A stretch of DNA of 64,000 nucleotides. Origin: Bacteroidota bacterium (GTDB lineage: Bacteria > Bacteroidota > Bacteroidia > Bacteroidales > WCHB1-69). Of this stretch, positions 56,569-64,000 are shown in pieces. The stretch lies in the NCBI GenBank assembly GCA_023413895.1, contig JAEZOU010000053.1, positions 1,197 through 65,196 of the forward strand, in the 5' to 3' direction. The notes beneath the pieces were generated by a model, which saw nothing but the letters and a program-made list of their open reading frames with translations, made no database searches and had not been told where the DNA came from. The translations under genes and the position numbers were made by a program. The first letter of the stretch is position 1. Each line of letters starts with the position of its first letter.

Positions 56569-56748
56569 TTATGCTTCAATGTTGATAGCTTGTTTACCTC
56601 TGTAGTAACCACATTCAGGACAAATTCTGTGGGTGAGGGTAGCTGCACCACAGTGGCTGCAAGTGGTTATTTGAGGAGCGGTAATGAAGTCGTGTGATCT
56701 TCTTTTGTCTCTTCTTTGTGCAGAGTGTCTTCTTTTAGGATTCGGCAT
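56569..56748 (-). CDS. rpmF: 50S ribosomal protein L32 (59 aa; below the ORF-track length cut-off)
   Basis: Manual translation: MPNPKRRHSAQRRDKRRSHDFITAPQITTCSHCGAATLTHRICPECGYYRGKQAINIEA. Canonical L32 N-terminus and CxxC...CxxC zinc ribbon. Downstream of yceD, as in most bacteria. Confidence 0.92.
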   Translation of the reverse strand: MPNPKRRHSAQRRDKRRSHDFITAPQITTCSHCGAATLTHRICPECGYYRGKQAINIEA

Positions 56749-56786
56749 AGCTTTATCTTTATTAAATTGTTACTTTTATAATATGT

Positions 56787-57374
56787 TTATTCTTCGTCAA
56801 ATTTCAAATTTTTCAAGGCTTCCCAGCGAGGGTCTATCTCTTTGGAATCCTCATTTTGTGTTCCAGAAAGTTCCTCCAATCGTTTGAGAACTTCTGCGTT
56901 GCAAGTTGAATTTCCTTGCTCATCGTCAGGGTGCATAATTACTTGCGGTAATGCTAACATTATCGATTCATAAACGAAATGGAAAATATCCAAGTCGTAT
57001 GCATCCTCGTCTATCATCCATATATTTTCGTCATTTTCAAAATCCTCCTCAGGATGACTAACTAAATTCACAATTAATGTTTCATCAAAATTCAAATTTA
57101 TAGTAATGTCGTCAAGGCAACGATCGCAAGTTGTAACAACATTACCTTCAAAATGGAACCTCAAATCTAACATTTTTTCAGTTTTTAGCATCTCAATTTG
57201 CAAATTGAGATGCCCATCTTGTAATTGTGAAAGTTCGGCTAATTCAAAGAACGTTTTGTCACAAACTATTGAAAATGAATGATTACCATCAGCAACACCT
57301 GCCAATCTTAATCTAAACTCTTCCCTTTTTACCTCGTTTTTCACCTTCAATAATTTAAGGGCGCAAAGATACAT
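56787..57374 (-). CDS. yceD: YceD/DUF177 family protein (large-subunit rRNA accumulation protein)
   Basis: DGNHSFSIVCDKTFFE and CDRCLDD motifs, acidic C-terminus, position upstream of rpmF. The true start may be TTG 57350 or GTG 57344 (see findings). Confidence 0.8.
   Translation of the reverse strand: MYLCALKLLKVKNEVKREEFRLRLAGVADGNHSFSIVCDKTFFELAELSQLQDGHLNLQIEMLKTEKMLDLRFHFEGNVVTTCDRCLDDITINLNFDETLIVNLVSHPEEDFENDENIWMIDEDAYDLDIFHFVYESIMLALPQVIMHPDDEQGNSTCNAEVLKRLEELSGTQNEDSKEIDPRWEALKNLKFDEE
57364..57371 (-). promoter_or_regulatory. Candidate -7 box overlapping the annotated yceD ATG
   Basis: Minus strand reads ATG-TATCTTTG-CGCC. The box occupies codons 2-4 of the ORF as drawn. Confidence 0.4.
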
Positions 57375-57440
57375 TTATTTTCAATACATTATACCTTTTT
57401 AGTGATTTTTTTTAAAGGTAGTCAATATTATTTTTTTTTG

Positions 57441-57448
57441 TACTTTTG
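57441..57448 (+). promoter_or_regulatory. Bacteroidota -7 box preceded by T9 tract
   Basis: TACTTTTG, with a T9 run at 57431-57439. Confidence 0.55.
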
Positions 57449-57506
57449 CAATTTAAAATTTTTGATTCCAAGATGTAGAATTTAGTATCAATTTTCAAGC
57501 AAGGAA

Positions 57507-57512
57507 AGGAGG
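57507..57512 (+). promoter_or_regulatory. Shine-Dalgarno-like AGGAGG before corA GTG
   Basis: aaggaaAGGAGGtttttGTG. 5-nt spacer to GTG 57518. Confidence 0.6.
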
Positions 57513-57517
57513 TTTTT

Positions 57518-58429
57518 GTGGTAGAAACTTTATCATTTGGCAAGCTTAAATGGCACCATATTACAGACCCTACGGTTGAGGATTTAGATTTTTTGAAGGA
57601 TAACTTCCATTTCCACCCCTTGGATATTGATGATTGTTCAAGCTTTGTGCAACGTCCTAAAATCGACGTTTATGATGATTACTATTTCTTGGTTCTCCAT
57701 TTCCCCCTTTTTGATAAACGTACAAACCTCGTAAAAACTGAGGAGACGAAAATGTTTTGGGGACAGGATTATCTGATTACTGTCGGAAATTCTCACTATG
57801 TAGTTCAGGATCTTTTTAATCTGACAAAAATTGCCCCCGATGAATTGGAAGAGGATGATATCAGTGGAACTAGTGATGCAATTCTTTATAAAGTATTGTA
57901 TCGAATGATGAAGGAAACTTTCCTCTTGGTGGAAAGAATGGGCTCCGAAATAGATATGATTAGTAGAGATCTATTTGATAATAAGTCTGATAAAACTATT
58001 GAGCTGATCTCTCGATATAGAAAAAATATTATTCAACTCAATACAATGTTCCGTCCTCAGTTGCGCCTTTTCCATAAGTTTGAATCTGGTGAAGTGAAAG
58101 GCTTTGCAGAAGATATGGAGGATTATTGGGGTAATATCCTAGACTTCTATCAGAAGATGTGGGATATGATTGATGATTATGGTGAATTGGTGGCAGGTTT
58201 GTCAAGTACTTTCGATTCGTTGATGGCTAATAAAACCAACGAAATTATGCGTGTGCTGACAATCATCTCTACAATTGTTCTTCCTCTAACATTCATCACA
58301 GGATTATACGGAATGAATGTGGCATTGCCTTTGGGAGGTGCAAAATATGCCTTTTGGTCAGTCATCGGTTGCTGTATCGTAACAATTGTTCTACTACTGA
58401 TTTCATTTAAAAGGAAAAGGTGGATGTAG
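57518..58429 (+). CDS. corA: Magnesium/cobalt transporter CorA
   Basis: YGMNV (GMN) motif between two C-terminal TM helices. GTG start. The first in-frame ATG lies about 79 codons downstream and would delete the N-terminal domain. Confidence 0.88.
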   Translation: MVETLSFGKLKWHHITDPTVEDLDFLKDNFHFHPLDIDDCSSFVQRPKIDVYDDYYFLVLHFPLFDKRTNLVKTEETKMFWGQDYLITVGNSHYVVQDLFNLTKIAPDELEEDDISGTSDAILYKVLYRMMKETFLLVERMGSEIDMISRDLFDNKSDKTIELISRYRKNIIQLNTMFRPQLRLFHKFESGEVKGFAEDMEDYWGNILDFYQKMWDMIDDYGELVAGLSSTFDSLMANKTNEIMRVLTIISTIVLPLTFITGLYGMNVALPLGGAKYAFWSVIGCCIVTIVLLLISFKRKRWM

Positions 58430-58431
58430 TT

Positions 58432-58863
58432 ATGAAATCTTATAAAATTAAGCTGAAAATCAAAAGTTTAGAGTTTGGTAATTTTCATCTTTTCGTTCAA
58501 GGAAAGCAAAATGGAAAGGCCTTAAATATTTGTGTGGATACAGGAGCTTCTCGCACTTGTATTGACAAGGATTTTTTTCTGAATAATATTAGTACAGAGT
58601 TGAATAATTCAGAATCGGCTATTAATGCAACTTTAGGTACAACAAGTTTGGAGGTTTTCGAGTCGCAGATAGAAAATTTATCTATTGGGCGTTTTAAACT
58701 ACCCGATTTTAATGTTGCTATTGTCGATATGGATGCCATTAATCAAGCCTATAAAATGGTAAATCTTCCTCCCATTCAGATGATTTTGGGCAGCGATTTC
58801 TTTGTATCCTATAATGCGGTTATCGATTGTTTGAATAAGGAACTAATATTAAATATTGTATAG
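58432..58863 (+). CDS. Retropepsin-like (clan AA) aspartic protease, single domain, no signal peptide
   Basis: Active-site VDTGASRT and downstream ILGSDFF motif. ATG 58432 lies 2 nt after the corA stop, and its own stop abuts the ruvC ATG (TAGATG). Confidence 0.75.
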   Translation: MKSYKIKLKIKSLEFGNFHLFVQGKQNGKALNICVDTGASRTCIDKDFFLNNISTELNNSESAINATLGTTSLEVFESQIENLSIGRFKLPDFNVAIVDMDAINQAYKMVNLPPIQMILGSDFFVSYNAVIDCLNKELILNIV

Positions 58864-59409
58864 ATGACTGTAATTTTAGGAGTGGACCCTGGTACCCTAA
58901 TTATGGGGTATGCGCTATTGAAAGTGGAGGATAAGAGGCTTTCAGTGTTGGATTTTGGTGTGGAAAAGATGACAAAATTGCAATCTCCGTACGAAAAATT
59001 AAAACATATTTTTGACAGTGTTACAACGATAATCGAGAAATATCAGCCTACAGTTTTAGCTGTTGAAGCCCCTTTTTATGGTAAAAATCCTCAATCTATG
59101 TTGAAGTTGGGGCGTGCGCAAGGTACGGTTATAGCTGCTTCGATGCAGAAAGAATTGGAGATTTTCGAGTTCTCTCCACGCTATATCAAACAATCCATAA
59201 CTGGGAATGGAAATGCTTCTAAAGAGCAAGTTGCAGCAATGTTGCAGCAGATGAAGTTAATCCACGAAAATGCAAGTTACTTAGATGCCACTGATGCTCT
59301 TGCTGCAGCAGTTTGTTACCATCTGCAAAACCGTTTCCCAATTCCTACAAGTAAATACTCCAATTGGGACGCTTTTCTCTCACAAAACGAAGATCGTATT
59401 ATCAAATAA
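58864..59409 (+). CDS. ruvC: Crossover junction endodeoxyribonuclease RuvC
   Basis: ILGVDPG N-terminus, VEAPFYGKN, DATDALAAAVCH catalytic acidic residues. Confidence 0.95.
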   Translation: MTVILGVDPGTLIMGYALLKVEDKRLSVLDFGVEKMTKLQSPYEKLKHIFDSVTTIIEKYQPTVLAVEAPFYGKNPQSMLKLGRAQGTVIAASMQKELEIFEFSPRYIKQSITGNGNASKEQVAAMLQQMKLIHENASYLDATDALAAAVCYHLQNRFPIPTSKYSNWDAFLSQNEDRIIK

Positions 59410-59511
59410 TATACTTTTTTCACACTATTGTGAGATCCTTTTTTAGGATAGTATAGCGTATTGTCTATTTTTTTATTTTATCTCACAACAATGAAGATAT
59501 GTAAAAATTTG

Positions 59512-59519
59512 TATCTTTG
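59512..59519 (+). promoter_or_regulatory. Bacteroidota -7 box
   Basis: TATCTTTG, 95 nt upstream of ATG 59615. Confidence 0.45.
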
Positions 59520-59614
59520 CGCGACTATTTTCTTTGTTTTGCCTAAAGGATTTTAGGTGAATTTGAGAGAAAAGTGTAAAAGTAAAAATAGTTATTCTAG
59601 ATTATTCACGCATT

Positions 59615-59893
59615 ATGATAGGAACTTTGATTGTCGGTCTCATTATGCTCATAATAGGCATCTTTCTGCGTTTTTTTAGTGCCTATAGTAAGAAAAATGG
59701 TAGAGATTTTTCTCCTAATATATTTGTTGATATAATTATGATTTCATCGCTGCTTTCACTTGCAAAATATTGTTTGCAACTTATGGGCGAAGATATAAAT
59801 CTGAGGAATGGAATATTTATTGGAATATCAATATTATCAATTGATTATGCTATATATAAGCTAATTGAGAAGATAGTTTTTAGGCACAGATAG
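59615..59893 (+). CDS. Hypothetical small membrane protein (3 predicted TM)
   Basis: 92-aa ORF with hydrophobic segments. No similarity recognised. Confidence 0.45.
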   Translation: MIGTLIVGLIMLIIGIFLRFFSAYSKKNGRDFSPNIFVDIIMISSLLSLAKYCLQLMGEDINLRNGIFIGISILSIDYAIYKLIEKIVFRHR

Positions 59894-60001
59894 GTGAACT
59901 ATTTCGTTTGTTAAATCCTCATTCTGAACTAAATAGATAAATTCAATATAATCTTGACTATTGTCGTAGCGGATAAAGCAATGTGTAAATTGTAGTTGTT
60001 T

Positions 60002-60601
60002 TTAAAATTCTCTTACGCCACAAAAATATAGATTCGTGTCCAATGTTTGTTTTCCGGTTTGGTAGAATTCATATTCGCCGCGATCAATAAAATGGACGAT
60101 ATGAACTTTGTTATCAGTGATTTCTGTTGAGGAGTAGTAGTGTTTATTTTTGGGGAGATAGTTATCAAAAAGCACTAAGATATCGGCTTCTGTTACGGCT
60201 TCGGTAATTTCACGCAATTCACCGATAGAAGGTATGTACCAACCATTATCGGTCCAATATTTGAAAGCAGGGTAGAGGTTTTCCCAGTTTTCTAATTCTT
60301 GAATAGTTTGCGTATTAATTTCCCCATTATTTTCATTTACTGCGCCTGTATTTTCATTAATAGTTGCCCAAGGGTATTCAACTGCTTTTACGTCTTCTAT
60401 AGAGAAGATTAGGCCATGTTTTCCTTCGTCCCAAACTCTAAAAACGATACCTTTAATTCCATTTTCTTTGTAGGGTGAGCCAATTCTATAGGTTTTAGTG
60501 GGTTCAGAATCATCGGTTTCTCCGGGTTCTGGTTCTTTGCAACCCCAAAATGATAAGGACAAAAGGCTAGAAATGATTATAAATGGGATAATTTTATTCA
60601 T
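60002..60601 (-). CDS. Lipoprotein, DUF1566 (Lcl C-terminal domain)-like
   Basis: ATG 60601 gives MNKIIPFIIISSLLSLSFWGC (lipobox). GIVFRVWDEGKHGLIFS and GWYIPSIGELREI match the DUF1566 pattern. The track start 60745 overlaps tonB. Confidence 0.6.
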   Translation of the reverse strand: MNKIIPFIIISSLLSLSFWGCKEPEPGETDDSEPTKTYRIGSPYKENGIKGIVFRVWDEGKHGLIFSIEDVKAVEYPWATINENTGAVNENNGEINTQTIQELENWENLYPAFKYWTDNGWYIPSIGELREITEAVTEADILVLFDNYLPKNKHYYSSTEITDNKVHIVHFIDRGEYEFYQTGKQTLDTNLYFCGVREF

Positions 60602-60611
60602 AATATGAGAA

Positions 60612-60652
60612 TTAAAAATAAAAAAAGCCTCGTAATAAAATTGCGAGGCTTT
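60612..60652 (-). terminator. Rho-independent terminator after tonB
   Basis: agcctcg / cgaggct stem, with a long T-rich run following on the minus strand. Confidence 0.75.
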
Positions 60653-60669
60653 ATGAGAAATGTATAAAC

Positions 60670-61347
60670 TTAGTTGATTACAAAGCTGATTGGGATTTGG
60701 AAGTAGCAGCGTACTGCTTGACCGTTTTGTTTTGCAGGTTTCCATTTTGGAGAGAGCATAACGATACGGATAGCTTCTTTGTCGATTTCAGGGAATACAG
60801 AGTTAAGGGCTCTAGCATTAGAAACGCGACCATCTTTTTCAACAATAAACTCAACTTGAACAACACCACTAACGCCAGCATCGTATGCTGCAGGTGGGTA
60901 TGTAAGGTTTTCTCTTAAGAAGTCGTAGAATTCTGCTGGCATTTCAGGCATAACCTCAACGAAACGCATTGCAGGAGCTTCTGTTTCCTCCTCTTCGATT
61001 ACTTCAACTTCTACAATCTCTTCGATTACAGCGTCTTCATCGAACTCAGCAGAGAAATCGAAATCGGTTTCAATTTCAATTTCGTCGTCCACAATTTCCA
61101 AAATCACCTCTTGTTGTTCTTGAGCAGGTGGTGGGGGTGGTGGGGGTGGTGCATCAGTGGCTAATACGTTGTCTTCCGTAGGAACGAAAATATCGTCATC
61201 AACCATTTCGACAACCTCAGGCTTATCACTAGAAGCGTAGAGTTCGATTCCGGTATATACCACGGCGAGAACAACAGCCAAACCTACAAGGAGAAAAGTA
61301 CCGCGTCTTTTTTCCAAGTTTCCTTTTGTTGTTTTCTTTTCAATCAT
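60670..61347 (-). CDS. tonB: Energy transducer TonB family protein
   Basis: N-terminal TM, PPPPPPPPA linker, acidic region, C-terminal TonB domain (YPPAAYDAGVSGVVQVEFIV...). Confidence 0.85.
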   Translation of the reverse strand: MIEKKTTKGNLEKRRGTFLLVGLAVVLAVVYTGIELYASSDKPEVVEMVDDDIFVPTEDNVLATDAPPPPPPPPAQEQQEVILEIVDDEIEIETDFDFSAEFDEDAVIEEIVEVEVIEEEETEAPAMRFVEVMPEMPAEFYDFLRENLTYPPAAYDAGVSGVVQVEFIVEKDGRVSNARALNSVFPEIDKEAIRIVMLSPKWKPAKQNGQAVRCYFQIPISFVIN

Positions 61348-61384
61348 AGTTGTATGATTTAAAATTGTTATTTATTTGAGGCTG

Positions 61385-61392
61385 CAAAGATA
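61385..61392 (-). promoter_or_regulatory. Bacteroidota -7 box
   Basis: Minus-strand TATCTTTG upstream of tonB ATG 61347. Confidence 0.55.
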
Positions 61393-61453
61393 GATATTTT
61401 TTGAATATGAACATTGCAGTTTTATAAACTACAACGATAGAAGTTGTAATTTA

Positions 61454-61834
61454 TTATGCAATCAAATCTTTGTATTGGTCTGCTGTAAGTAATTCTTCGA
61501 TTTCAGAAGGATCTGTAGGTTTTAATTTGATAATCCAACCTTTATCGTAAGCGTCTTCGTTGATGATTTTGCAGTTATCATCAGCTAATTCTTCGTTCAT
61601 TTCCAAAACTTCACCGCTGATAGGCAAGTAGAGGTCAGAAGCAGCTTTAGAAGCTTCAACAACGCCGAAACAATCACCTTTTGCAAGGGTTTCGCCAACG
61701 GTTTCAACTTCGAGGTAAACGAGTTCGCCTAATTGGTCTGCAGCATGAGCTGTGATACCGATGTATGCGATGTCTCCATCCATTCTAATCCATTCGTGTT
61801 CTTCTGTAAATCTTAAATTTTCAGGTACGTTCAT
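61454..61834 (-). CDS. gcvH: Glycine cleavage system protein H
   Basis: 126 aa. Lipoyl-lysine context VVEASKAASDLYLPISGEV. Confidence 0.95.
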   Translation of the reverse strand: MNVPENLRFTEEHEWIRMDGDIAYIGITAHAADQLGELVYLEVETVGETLAKGDCFGVVEASKAASDLYLPISGEVLEMNEELADDNCKIINEDAYDKGWIIKLKPTDPSEIEELLTADQYKDLIA

Positions 61835-61860
61835 TTTTTTTGATTTTAAAGGTTATTATT

Positions 61861-62421
61861 TTAGATTGTTGTAATTTCTTTCTCTTTAGCGGCAGCGATT
61901 TTGTCAATTTGAGCGATAAAATCATCTGTCATTTTTTGGATATCGCCTTCCAACTTTTTAATCATATCTTCAGGAATAGCGTTATCTTTCAATTTTTTTG
62001 CAGTGTCATTGGCGGTACGGCGAATATTTCTGATACTTACTTTAGCTTGTTCTGCTTCTTGTTTTGTTTTTTTTGCCAACTCTTTACGTCTTTCTTCCGT
62101 TGGAGAAGGGACCATTATTCTGATAAATTCGCCATTATTTTGTGGGGTAAATCCTAAGTTAGCCACCAAAATTGCTTTTTCAATTACAGGAAGCATATTA
62201 CGTTCCCAAGGTTGAATAATGATTTGGCGTGCGTCTGGGGTAGAGATATTTCCCACTTGTTCTATGGGAGTAGGATTTCCATAATAATCTACTTTTAATC
62301 CTTCCAACATTTGAGGTGAAGCTTTTCCTGCTCTGATTTTTTGCAACTCCTTTTCAAAGAAGGTAATAACACCTTGCATTCCCTCTTTGGCAAGATTTAA
62401 GCATTTTACTGTTTCTTCCAT
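61861..62421 (-). CDS. frr: Ribosome recycling factor
   Basis: 186 aa. KIRAGKASPQMLE, LGFTPQNNG and IRNIRR motifs. Confidence 0.95.
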   Translation of the reverse strand: MEETVKCLNLAKEGMQGVITFFEKELQKIRAGKASPQMLEGLKVDYYGNPTPIEQVGNISTPDARQIIIQPWERNMLPVIEKAILVANLGFTPQNNGEFIRIMVPSPTEERRKELAKKTKQEAEQAKVSIRNIRRTANDTAKKLKDNAIPEDMIKKLEGDIQKMTDDFIAQIDKIAAAKEKEITTI

Positions 62422-62426
62422 AGTAA

Positions 62427-62774
62427 TTATTCTTTTTCAGTTTCTGTATTATTTTCTGTGTTTTGACTTTTCAGTCTTTTTATCTCTTCTAATTTCTTGT
62501 TTTCTTGTTTGATGAGTTTTTCCAACTCTTTATCAATTAAAGATTTATTCCATTTATAAACAATAAGATAGTGAGCTATAAGAAAAATTCCCCAAATTAA
62601 AGTTGCAAATGATAAGCATTTTAGAAAGGTTTGGTTTTCGCTATCTTTGAAAATGAATCCCCAAATGAGCCAAGCAATAGCCATAAGGAGGATAAAGATA
62701 GTGATATGAATTTTAAAGTTCACTCTTTGTTTAGCTTTTACATAAAGTTGAACATTTTTTTCTGTATCTGTCAT
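62427..62774 (-). CDS. Small membrane protein, 2TM-domain-like
   Basis: ATG 62774 (MTDTEKNVQLYVKAKQRVNFKIH...). Two TM helices followed by a charged coiled tail. Track start 62819 overlaps pyrH. Confidence 0.55.
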   Translation of the reverse strand: MTDTEKNVQLYVKAKQRVNFKIHITIFILLMAIAWLIWGFIFKDSENQTFLKCLSFATLIWGIFLIAHYLIVYKWNKSLIDKELEKLIKQENKKLEEIKRLKSQNTENNTETEKE

Positions 62775-62784
62775 AATGTTTTGA

Positions 62785-63495
62785 TTATAATTCAACGAGG
62801 GTTCCGATATGTTCACCATTTAAGATTTTGCGGAGGTTTCCGCTTTCATTTGCATTGTAAACGTACAAGGGGATATGGTTCTCTTTGCACATTGTAAATG
62901 CGGTTAAATCTACGATATTAAGATTTTTGCGATAAGCTTCATCAAAAGTTAATGTAGAAAATTTGGTTGCGGAAGGATCTTTTTCTGGGTCTGCGGAGTA
63001 GATTCCATCTACACGCGTACCTTTTAGTAGAAGATTTGCATTGATTTCAGCGGCTCTCAATGCTGCACCAGAGTCGGTAGTGAAAAATGGGTTTCCTGTT
63101 CCGCCAGAGAATATTACCACATAACCCTCTTCTAAATATTGGATAGACTTTTTGAAGAATACCTTTTCGCAAATACCTTCAATATTGAGTGCAGAAAGAA
63201 GTTTTACTTTAACGCCCATTTGTTCCAATACGGCTTGAATTGCCATTGCATTGATGGTGGTTGCCAACATTCCCATATAATCGCCTTGTTTGCGATCAAA
63301 ACCTTTACCTGCACCTTTTACGCCACGGAAAATATTTCCACCGCCAATAACAACTCCCACTTGCACGTTGAGGTCAACAGCGCTTTTTATCTCTGAAGCA
63401 AAGTGTGAAACTGCTTGGTAATTAATACCATAAGTGTCGTTTCCCATCAAGGATTCACCACTTAATTTTAGTAAAATTCTTTGATATTTCATCAT
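62785..63495 (-). CDS. pyrH: UMP kinase
   Basis: KYQRILLKLSGE, VIGGGNIFRG, TTDSGAALRA motifs. First ATG at 63495. The track TTG start lies in the promoter box. Confidence 0.95.
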   Translation of the reverse strand: MMKYQRILLKLSGESLMGNDTYGINYQAVSHFASEIKSAVDLNVQVGVVIGGGNIFRGVKGAGKGFDRKQGDYMGMLATTINAMAIQAVLEQMGVKVKLLSALNIEGICEKVFFKKSIQYLEEGYVVIFSGGTGNPFFTTDSGAALRAAEINANLLLKGTRVDGIYSADPEKDPSATKFSTLTFDEAYRKNLNIVDLTAFTMCKENHIPLYVYNANESGNLRKILNGEHIGTLVEL

Positions 63496-63510
63496 TAAAA
63501 ATTTGAAGTG

Positions 63511-63518
63511 CAAAAATA
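63511..63518 (-). promoter_or_regulatory. Bacteroidota -7 box
   Basis: Minus-strand TATTTTTG, 15 nt upstream of pyrH ATG. Confidence 0.6.
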
Positions 63519-63656
63519 TAAAAAAAAATGAGAAATCTTCTTCAAAAAGAATATTTTTAGAAAGAAAAAAGAGGATTATAGTTACTCCTTGGTAGAAAGG
63601 GGAAGAAAGCCTATTTTTGGTATTGTTTACAGTTGATAATCAATAGTATGTGATTA

Positions 63657-64000
63657 TTAGATGTCAACATTTACGCCGACACGAAAATAGGGAATATAGT
63701 TGTTAATCCAATAGGATTGGTAGAGGTTTATTAGCAATAATCCGTAAATGCTTATTTTGTCGTTGAGGTAGTGACGATAACCGACGCCCGCTGCGACGCC
63801 GTGGTTTTCAAATTGTTGTCGGTCTCCGTCAAGGAAAGAGGTATAAATACGCGAGTATTCATATTCTGCATGAATAATAACGCGTTTTGCAATAAAAGGT
63901 TGGATAAAGAGGTTTACGCCAGCCAGGTGGCTTCGGCTGTATTTGTATTGGCTAACGAACATATAGCTCACACCACCTCCCATCAAGAGCCAATCTGTAG
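63657..64000 (-). CDS. Partial gene (5' end beyond window): probable outer-membrane beta-barrel protein
   Basis: The reading frame stays open to the window edge. Alternating hydrophobic/aromatic pattern (GVAAGVGYRHYL, YFRVGVNVDI). No family recognised. Confidence 0.4.
   Translation of the reverse strand, partial: TDWLLMGGGVSYMFVSQYKYSRSHLAGVNLFIQPFIAKRVIIHAEYEYSRIYTSFLDGDRQQFENHGVAAGVGYRHYLNDKISIYGLLLINLYQSYWINNYIPYFRVGVNVDI

Noticed and set aside
61127-61152. GC-rich ggtgg/ggggg repeat tract
   Set aside because: It is the coding sequence of the TonB poly-proline linker (PPPPPPPPA) on the minus strand, not a non-coding repeat or G-quadruplex element of independent function.
1-64000. Search for CRISPR arrays, IS elements, integrases, phage genes, toxin-antitoxin or restriction/defence genes
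   Set aside because: No direct-repeat arrays, terminal inverted repeats, transposase or integrase motifs, or nuclease/ATPase defence signatures were seen on either strand. The tRNA-Asn is not flanked by an integrated element.

Overview
AT-rich chromosomal segment that looks like core Bacteroidota. The evidence is type IX secretion (T9SS) and gliding genes (porU, porV, a porP/sprF-family gene, gldJ, a gldA-like ATPase), four proteins with T9SS C-terminal sorting domains, TAnnTTTG -7 promoter boxes before most transcription units, and almost no Shine-Dalgarno sequences. I call about 62 protein genes. Most are housekeeping: der, prfA, trxA, nadC, lpxB, rimM, rpsO, pnp, udk, rlmH, recG, ispF, miaB, rdgB, rpmF, corA, ruvC, gcvH, frr and pyrH. 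I also call one tRNA-Asn(GTT), roughly a dozen hairpin terminators and about 25 promoter boxes. rpmF (59 aa) is absent from the supplied ORF track, which lists nothing shorter than 60 aa. About 20 track ORFs have N-terminal extensions that run through a promoter box or overlap the upstream gene, and I trimmed these to a downstream ATG. I found no CRISPR array, transposase, integrase, phage gene, restriction system or recognisable defence gene. I therefore cannot point to a clear-cut new multi-gene system. The most unusual loci are listed here. (1) An uncharacterised 4-TM helical membrane protein sits tightly ahead of two exbD paralogues. (2) An OlsF-type bifunctional aminolipid acyltransferase lies near a second PlsC-type acyltransferase, within a translationally coupled aspC-SDR-ldcA string. 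(3) A signal-less retropepsin-like aspartic protease is wedged between corA and ruvC. (4) The T9SS block has a porP/sprF-like gene followed by gldJ, while the window's only type-B CTD cargo gene is 16 kb away with no adjacent partner. (5) A purine-skewed, GC-elevated non-coding island of about 200 nt lies beside ferritin. (6) corA has a strong SD plus a GTG start in an otherwise SD-less window. All functional calls come from motif recognition by eye. No database search was run.
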